Shown here: one piece after another, positions 58,295-64,000 of the stretch
Layout of the letters: each line of letters begins with the position of its first letter
Position numbering within the stretch: position 1 is the stretch's first letter
Assembly: GCA_963706075.1 (NCBI GenBank)
Contig: CAVPLP010000001.1
Coordinates: 4,541 to 68,540 of the forward strand
DNA: 64,000 nt
Direction: 5' to 3'
Source: an uncultured Actinomycetes bacterium
GTDB lineage: Bacteria > Actinomycetota > Thermoleophilia > Gaiellales > JAICJC01
Program-made: the position numbers and the translations under genes
The notes under the pieces: generated by a model
Databases searched by the model: none
Seen by the model: only the letters and a program-made list of their open reading frames with translations
Told to the model about the DNA's origin: nothing

Positions 58295-59437
58295 TCACTC
58301 CTCGACGAACAGCGCGAGCGTGGCCGTGAAGCCGTGCAGGAACGTGCGGCCGCCGACCGGCCCGATCTCGCCCGCGCAGAACATGCCGGCAACCGGCGCG
58401 CCGCCCAGCGCGGCCGCCGTCGCGGCGGCATCGTGGTCGGGCCGCCCGAAGAGGCCCGTCCCGCGGCCGTTACACGCGAAGAGCAGGCCGCCGGTGACGC
58501 GTCCCGGCAGAGCCACGCCGTCCTCGAGCGCCGCCCGGAGGCCCGCGTCGGCGGTCGACGCGTCACGCACGTGGAACCTGAACGTCTGCCCCACCCGGGG
58601 CATGTCGCCGACCGCGATCGCGCCCGACTCGGGGTCGCCGCCCAGGATGCCGCGGACGAGGTAGTCGTCGGGGCCGTAGTCCACCCGGTTCTCGTCGATG
58701 ACCAGCCCCGCCAGGACGCCCCGCTGCGCCAGCTCGACCTGCGCCGGATCGAGGCTCCCGACGATCTCGACGAGCCGCTCGTACGCCGGCCGTCCGGCCA
58801 GCTCGTGGATCACGTTCGACTCGGCGCGCGTCACGACCATCTCGGGCCCGATCGGCGCACACCCTTGCGAGACGAGCACCCGGAGCTCCACCGGCCCGTC
58901 CAGGTCGACGATCACCGCACCCTCGCGGTGCACCTGATCGCCGCAGAGCAGCACGTGCTCGCCGGCCCCGCGACCGCCCGATGCCAGACCGCCGACCGCG
59001 ACGCTCGTGCCGGCGTCGTTCAGGTCGTCGAGCAGCCGCTCGATGGGGAACGTGTACGGGTCGGCCACGACGACCGCTGAGCCGGTGAGCTCGGGCATGT
59101 CGGTATCGCCCGCCGTGACGTGACGGGCCCGGGCGGCTCCGGAGCCGAGCGATGCCGCGAGCACGCTCACGGCCGGCCGGCCCTCGAACTCGTGGCCGCC
59201 GCCGATCACCGCCTCGGTGCTGGCTCCCACCAGCACGCCGGGGCTCAGCTCGCGCGTCACCTCGGCCGCGACCCGCTCGGCCTCGGAGGCATGCTCCGCA
59301 GACAGGAACACGAAGGCGACGTCGGCGCTCGCGCCGCCGAGGCTGGCCCGGACGGCCGCCGCCGCGTCGGCCGCGCACGCCGAGGCGTCGGTCGCGAACC
59401 CGGCGGCCACCTCCACCGCACACCGGACGGGCGTCAC
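58295..59437 (-). CDS. FIST-domain (FIST_N/FIST_C) sensory protein
   Basis: The GTG at 59435-59437 overlaps the OsmC stop (GTGA). 380 aa, ending in the FIST_C-like GLLFACNGRG..MFCAGEIGP. Confidence 0.7.
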   Translation of the reverse strand: MTPVRCAVEVAAGFATDASACAADAAAAVRASLGGASADVAFVFLSAEHASEAERVAAEVTRELSPGVLVGASTEAVIGGGHEFEGRPAVSVLAASLGSGAARARHVTAGDTDMPELTGSAVVVADPYTFPIERLLDDLNDAGTSVAVGGLASGGRGAGEHVLLCGDQVHREGAVIVDLDGPVELRVLVSQGCAPIGPEMVVTRAESNVIHELAGRPAYERLVEIVGSLDPAQVELAQRGVLAGLVIDENRVDYGPDDYLVRGILGGDPESGAIAVGDMPRVGQTFRFHVRDASTADAGLRAALEDGVALPGRVTGGLLFACNGRGTGLFGRPDHDAAATAAALGGAPVAGMFCAGEIGPVGGRTFLHGFTATLALFVEE

Positions 59438-59874
59438 TCGATGATCCTCCAGTCGGTCGACACCTCGGCAGTCGTGGAGGCCGAGATGAAGCAATCGCGC
59501 TCGGCCTTTCCCGTCAGCTCGCGGGCCGACGCCGCGTGGCCGCCCGACATGCGCACGTAGACGACCATCGAGACCTTCTGGAAGGCGTAGCGGCGCTCGG
59601 CGTTCCGGGAGAGCGATCCCTCGGCGGTCGACCGGTAGCTCACGATCTCGAGCCCGCGGTGGGCGCAGTGCGCCACGAACGACAGCATCGTGCACGACTG
59701 GATCGACGCCAGGAACAGGTGCTCGGGGCTCCAGCTCGACTCGTCGCCGGCAGGGAAGTCGGGCGGTGGCTGCACGTCGAGCGCCGGTCGAGCGCCGGCG
59801 GTGACCTCGGCGCGGCGCCCGCCGCGCCACTCCAACTCCGCCTCATACGTGAAGATCCGCGCCTCGAGCGGCAT
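59434..59874 (-). CDS. OsmC/Ohr-family peroxiredoxin-like protein
   Basis: 146 aa with two conserved Cys contexts (ASIQSCTMLSF and ERDCFIS). Confidence 0.8.
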   Translation of the reverse strand: MPLEARIFTYEAELEWRGGRRAEVTAGARPALDVQPPPDFPAGDESSWSPEHLFLASIQSCTMLSFVAHCAHRGLEIVSYRSTAEGSLSRNAERRYAFQKVSMVVYVRMSGGHAASARELTGKAERDCFISASTTAEVSTDWRIIE

Positions 59875-59969
59875 GTGTTCCCTCCAAGAGTGTGACGGAA
59901 GACTCCCACAACAGGGGGTCGTCCAGTCATACCCCTCCGGCCGATCCTGATATCGAAAGGGGGTCTCCC

Positions 59970-60128
59970 ATGCACCAGTACGGGGCTCTTGCGGGCCCTG
60001 AGAGCGGCCAGACCATGGCCGAATATGCGATCACGCTCGGCGTGGTCTCCCTGGCCGTCGTGGCCACGCTCGGTGTTCTGACCGCGGGCGTCACCGCCAC
60101 GATGAGCTCAGTCATCGCGCTCATCTAA
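59970..60128 (+). CDS. Flp/Fap-family type IVb pilin
   Basis: ATG at 59970 follows GAAAGGGGG. Flp motif SG-QTMAEYAITLGVVSLAVVATLGV. 52 aa. Confidence 0.75.
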   Translation: MHQYGALAGPESGQTMAEYAITLGVVSLAVVATLGVLTAGVTATMSSVIALI

Positions 60129-60913
60129 CGCGCATCTCCTCCTAGCACGGACGTCACCCTCTCGGGGGTGACGTCGTGCCATGGTCCGGCATGCCACGCG
60201 CGGTCGTCGTATCGCTCGCGCCGGAGGCTCTCGACGAGCTCGAGCTCGTTCGGAGTGGGCGGCTCACCGGCGGCCGTGCTGCCGGCGAATGCCTCGACGA
60301 CGGCCGCCTCGGCCACGGCCATGCCGACACCGACGTTCGCGACGTGGTCCGGGCGGCTCCCTGCCGGCCGGGGTCGCCCGTCCAGGCTGCCTCCGCGCGG
60401 CCCGGCGAGGCAGGCCACCAGCGCATCGAGGTCGGCGTCGACCAAAAGCGTGCCGTGGACGAGCGTCGCCCGCCGGCCGCGGTGGGCTGCGACGCCCGTC
60501 ACCTTCCGGCCGCCGACGCGCACGGTGCGCTCGTCGACCGTCGACTCGACGCCGAGCGCGCGGCACGCGGCGGCGATGCCGGTCAGAAGCGGGGCGTACA
60601 GGTCGGGCACGCCGAGCGCCGCGTCGGGATGCCCCGCCGGGACGACGCGGCCGACGCACAGGGTGCCCGGGTCGAGGTGGACGGCGCCTCCTCCGGTGAA
60701 CCGCCGCCAGACGCTGACGCCTCGCTCGGCGCAGGCAACCGGGTCGACCTCCCAGTCGGCGCGCTGGAAGCGACCGATGACGACCGCCGGCCGCGTGTGC
60801 CAGAGGATCAGGACCGGATTCCGCGGCTCGGCGCGCACGACCGCCTCGTCGAGCGCGAGCGCGTCGGCCGGCTCGCAGCGCCCGGCCGCAACGACCCGCA
60901 TCGGGGCCGTCAA
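60125..60913 (-). CDS. Lipoate-protein ligase (LplA/LipB-fold) family protein
   Basis: RRFTGGGAVHLD and GGRKVTGVAAHR match BPL/LPL catalytic-domain motifs. 262 aa. Confidence 0.75.
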   Translation of the reverse strand: MTAPMRVVAAGRCEPADALALDEAVVRAEPRNPVLILWHTRPAVVIGRFQRADWEVDPVACAERGVSVWRRFTGGGAVHLDPGTLCVGRVVPAGHPDAALGVPDLYAPLLTGIAAACRALGVESTVDERTVRVGGRKVTGVAAHRGRRATLVHGTLLVDADLDALVACLAGPRGGSLDGRPRPAGSRPDHVANVGVGMAVAEAAVVEAFAGSTAAGEPPTPNELELVESLRRERYDDRAWHAGPWHDVTPERVTSVLGGDAR

Positions 60914-61623
60914 CGCACCCGCACGCCGGCGCGTGCGAGCCGGGTGGCCGCCGAGGCCGGCGCCGACGCATCGAGCGCGACCTCATCCGGCAGCCCGGCA
61001 CGGGCCGCGTCGAGCTGGCGGCGAAGCTCCGCCGGGTCACCCAGCCGCTCGAGCTCGGCCCGCGCCTCGGCGACCCGTCCCGCCGCCGCAGATCCTTCCT
61101 GCGCAGTGTCACGGGCCGCCTCGGTCGCGAGACCGGCCAGCGCCAGTGCCTCGCGGCGGGCGGCCTCGGGCCGGGCATCGTCGCCGCCCGGCGGGATGTC
61201 GACGTCGAACGGCGACGCCTCGACGGCCTCGGCCATCGCCTGGCGCTCGCGGTCGATCAGCTCCCGCTGGCGCCGAGTCGCGAGGCGGGCGGACTCCACC
61301 CGCAGGCGGGCGGCCTCGACGTCCTCGGCGCACGGGCCCGGGTCGGCCCCGGCCGCCTCGGCGACCTGCTCCAGCTCGACGGCGCGCTGCCATGCCGTGA
61401 CGAGCGGCCCCTGGTCGACCCACTCGCGCTCGAGCTCGCGTGCGATCGGCTCAAGGGCGGAGCCGGCACGCGTCATCGCCTCGCCGATGCGGGGAGCCGC
61501 CGAGACGACGTCCTCGTCGCGCGCCACCTCCGCGACGAGCGTCTCGGCCCGGTGCATGCGCCGCTCGAGGCTCTCGACCTCGTCCGCGAGCGCGAGCAGC
61601 CGCTCGAGCTCAGCCGGCTTCAT
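60910..61623 (-). CDS. Hypothetical Ala/Glu/Arg-rich coiled-coil protein
   Basis: 237 aa with 4-nt overlaps at both ends, consistent with operon membership. No family recognised. Confidence 0.5.
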   Translation of the reverse strand: MKPAELERLLALADEVESLERRMHRAETLVAEVARDEDVVSAAPRIGEAMTRAGSALEPIARELEREWVDQGPLVTAWQRAVELEQVAEAAGADPGPCAEDVEAARLRVESARLATRRQRELIDRERQAMAEAVEASPFDVDIPPGGDDARPEAARREALALAGLATEAARDTAQEGSAAAGRVAEARAELERLGDPAELRRQLDAARAGLPDEVALDASAPASAATRLARAGVRVR

Positions 61624-62380
61624 CGGGGAGCGGCCGCAGCCGCAGCCGCGGCCACGCCATCGGCCGGCGCTCGAAGAGCGCCCCGAGGCGCGGCCCCAGC
61701 GCGACGCCCGCGGCGTCGAGGAAGCAGTACCCGCCGGGGATGCCGCTGGGCGGGTTGCCGATGCTGAGCATGCCGGTGGGGTCGTGGTGCGCCCACGCCC
61801 AGGCCCCCACCCCCGTCCCGATCAGCTCCAGGTAGCTCGTCACGAGGAACGCGCCGGCGTAGACCAGCGGCCGGCTGCCGCGCAGCGTGAACCAGAGCAG
61901 GAAGAGGAACATGATCGCGCCGAACACATCCTCACGCGGCGACAGGAAGACGCCCCACGCGGCCCACGCGCCGCACACCACGAGCGTGAAGACGATGAAC
62001 GGCCGGCGCAGGACGATCGCCATCTGCGAACAGCCGATCGAGAGCGCCGCGAGGTAGACGAGCCCGTGCCCGGGCGGGACATAGCTCGGCACGTTGTGGA
62101 GCCGGTAGGTGTAGTAGCCGAGGAACGGCGAGGCCGTGTACTCGACACAGGTCGCGACGAGGATGACGCCGACGACCTGGATCCGCACCAACCGTCTCTC
62201 CTTTCGGAGGAGCGCGACGAGGAGCGCCCACGTCATCACGCCGACGAGCCGCTGGCGCCAGATCCCGGCGCCCGAGTCGGTGCCCGCGCCGAGCGCGATC
62301 CAGACGAAGACGATCGCCGCGACCGTCAGCTCGCGCCGCGAGCCGCGGGCCGCGTCTGCGATCTGGGCGCGGGTCGGCAC
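61610..62380 (-). CDS. Integral membrane protein of unknown family
   Basis: About 7 hydrophobic segments. The GTG at 62378-62380 is preferred, because the listed start at 62437 would overlap the SDR gene by 32 nt. Confidence 0.6.
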   Translation of the reverse strand: MPTRAQIADAARGSRRELTVAAIVFVWIALGAGTDSGAGIWRQRLVGVMTWALLVALLRKERRLVRIQVVGVILVATCVEYTASPFLGYYTYRLHNVPSYVPPGHGLVYLAALSIGCSQMAIVLRRPFIVFTLVVCGAWAAWGVFLSPREDVFGAIMFLFLLWFTLRGSRPLVYAGAFLVTSYLELIGTGVGAWAWAHHDPTGMLSIGNPPSGIPGGYCFLDAAGVALGPRLGALFERRPMAWPRLRLRPLPDEAG

Positions 62381-62405
62381 GGCCGCACTGTACCCCGGGA
62401 CCGTC

Positions 62406-63110
62406 CTACCGACTTGCGAGACCGCCCGCCGTCTCACCGCCGTCGACCGTGATCGCGGCCCCCGTGATGTACGCCGCGTCGTCGGATGCCAGAAACGCGT
62501 ACACCGCGGCGATCTCGTCGGGCTGCGCGTGCCGCCGCAGCGGGATCTTGGCGTCGACCTGGGCCAGCATCTCGGGCGTGTACTCGGCCTTCTGCATCGG
62601 CGTCAGCACGTAGCCCGGGCAGACGGCGTTCACCCGCACGGTCGGCGCCCATTCGAGCGCGAGCGTCCGCGTCAGCTCGATCACGCCGGCCTTGGACGCG
62701 TTGTAGTCGGCGTAGAACGGATGCCCGACGTAGCCGTTCGTCGAGGCCGTGTTCAGGATCACCCCGCCGCCGGCCTCGAGCATCGCCCCGCCCGCCGCCT
62801 GGGCGACGTTGAAGACGCCCAGCAGGTTGGTGTCGAGGACGCGCCTCCAGCGGCGCTCGTCGATCTCGAGAGCCGGGCCGCGCTCGCTCACGCCAGCGTT
62901 CGACACGACGACGTCGACCGGCCCGAGGTCGGCGAACGCCGCCCGTACGGCCGCGCCGTCGGACACGTCCACGCCCACGCCGGCGTCGCCCGGCTCGAGG
63001 TCGAAGACGGTGACGAGCGAGCCCTCGGCGCGGAACCGCTCGACGGTCGCAGCTCCGATCCCTCGGGCGCCGCCGGTGACGACGACGCGCTTTCCTTCCA
63101 GGCCGCGCAT
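62406..63110 (-). CDS. SDR-family oxidoreductase
   Basis: Motifs: VTGGARGIGAA, SNAG, catalytic YNASK. 234 aa. Confidence 0.9.
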   Translation of the reverse strand: MRGLEGKRVVVTGGARGIGAATVERFRAEGSLVTVFDLEPGDAGVGVDVSDGAAVRAAFADLGPVDVVVSNAGVSERGPALEIDERRWRRVLDTNLLGVFNVAQAAGGAMLEAGGGVILNTASTNGYVGHPFYADYNASKAGVIELTRTLALEWAPTVRVNAVCPGYVLTPMQKAEYTPEMLAQVDAKIPLRRHAQPDEIAAVYAFLASDDAAYITGAAITVDGGETAGGLASR

Positions 63111-63148
63111 GGCGGCGAACGCTACCGGAGCGATCTAGAGTGCGCGGG

Positions 63149-64000
63149 ATGTCAGACGTGCAGATCGACGTGACGGCGCTCGAGGTGCGGCGCGCACTCG
63201 CACGCTCGTTCCACGGCGACGCCGATCCGGGCTCGCATGCGTGGCAGGGGAGCGTCGGCGTCGGCGACGCGCACGTGATCGTCGACGTCGAGCCCCGTGC
63301 CGGCGGCGGATCGGTCGTCCACGCCCGCGCCCGTTCGATCGAGTGCGACGCAGAGCCCGCGCGGCTGGCACGCGTGCTCGCCAGCGAGAACGCCGAGCTC
63401 GGTGCTCGGGCGCTTCGCCGTCGAGGGCGAGGCGGTCGACGTCGAGCACGCCATCCTCGCGGGCACGACGATGGACGCCGTCGAGGTGCAGGCGTCGGTG
63501 TGGACGGTCGGGTGGGCGGCGGCATCGTTCGGCCCGCGCCTGCGAGCCCTCGTCACCGAGGCCGTCCCGGTTCCCCCGCCGCCGCAGACGCCGGCCGCTC
63601 GCCTGCGTGACGCCGAGGCCCATGTCGAGCTGACGACCCGCCGCGTGCGCCAGCACCTTGACGCCCGCTACGGCGGCTTCGACCACCATCCCGACTGGGG
63701 CTTCCACGGGGCGTTCGGCAGCGCCCGCGTCTTCGTCGAGGTGCTCCCCGTCCTCGACGACTCGACCGCGGTGCGGGTCTCCTCACCGGTGCTCTCGCAG
63801 ATCGCGATGTCGGATGCGCTGGCCCTTCGGATGCTCGCCCTCGCATCGGAGCAGCCGTTCGGCGCCTTCGCGCACGTCGCGGCGCGCGACGAGGTGTGGC
63901 TCCAGCACGGGATCCTGGGCGACGACCTCGACGCCGTCGAGCTCGAGACCGCGATCGACACCGTCGCCGCGATCGCCGACGGCTGCGACGACGCGCTCGC
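63149..64000 (+). pseudogene. Tandem YbjN-like (T3SS-chaperone-fold) domain protein, one +1 break, runs off the window
   Basis: ATG at 63149 (MSDVQIDVTALEVRRAL..). Extra nt near 63407, then FAVEGEAVDVEHAIL.. and a second similar half (VFVEVLPVLDDSTAVRVSSPVL..DEVWLQHGILGDDLD). Confidence 0.55.

Overview
High-GC (by eye over 70% G+C, with strong G/C third-position bias) chromosomal segment that looks like an Actinomycetota-type bacterium. It holds about 70 protein genes in short operons, many joined by 4-nt ATGA/GTGA start-stop overlaps, plus one tRNA-Ala(CGC). Internal start coordinates were derived by arithmetic from the ORF track and checked against the sequence.

Gene content, in order:
- a six-gene operon built around LsrK- and LsrF-like enzymes with an APC permease
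- an orphan SBP-fold protein with no signal peptide
- an LCP protein
- a 1172-aa zinc-ribbon / class III cyclase / STAND-ATPase / TPR regulator
- three ECF sigma modules: one sigma/anti-sigma fusion with a Gly/Asn/Lys/Pro repeat tail, one upstream of UppP, one SigK/RskA-like
- a DAG-kinase/PAP2 cluster
- a leaderless PhoD-like phosphatase whose start is overlapped by a Toprim-only gene
- an NhaP antiporter and an amidase
- a DUF1345 / zf-UBP / CEOS-like / SDR / cupin operon
- a chromate/metal cluster (split and duplicated ChrB, ChrA, His-rich CDF, MFS) that ends next to tRNA-Ala, which carries a duplicated 44-nt 3' fragment
- ClpP, an ArsR/SRPBCC pair with twin palindromes, an orphan E1-alpha, OsmC/FIST, an orphan Flp pilin, and an LplA-like ligase

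I saw no CRISPR array, cas gene, integrase, transposase, rRNA, or recognisable phage or defence gene set.

The most striking sequence-level property is 34 phaseable frame breaks. 32 of them are one extra nucleotide, and they are strongly clustered (8 in the LsrK-like gene alone). This most likely reflects consensus errors, so every pseudogene call here is provisional.

I found no clearly novel system. The best candidates for undescribed biology are modest: the zf-UBP/CEOS operon, the non-canonical LsrK/LsrF operon with an apparent LsrF-Rpe fusion, the Toprim/PhoD-like pair, and the ECF fusion next to a TadG-like gene.

All family assignments rest on motif recognition and remembered homologues, not on database searches.
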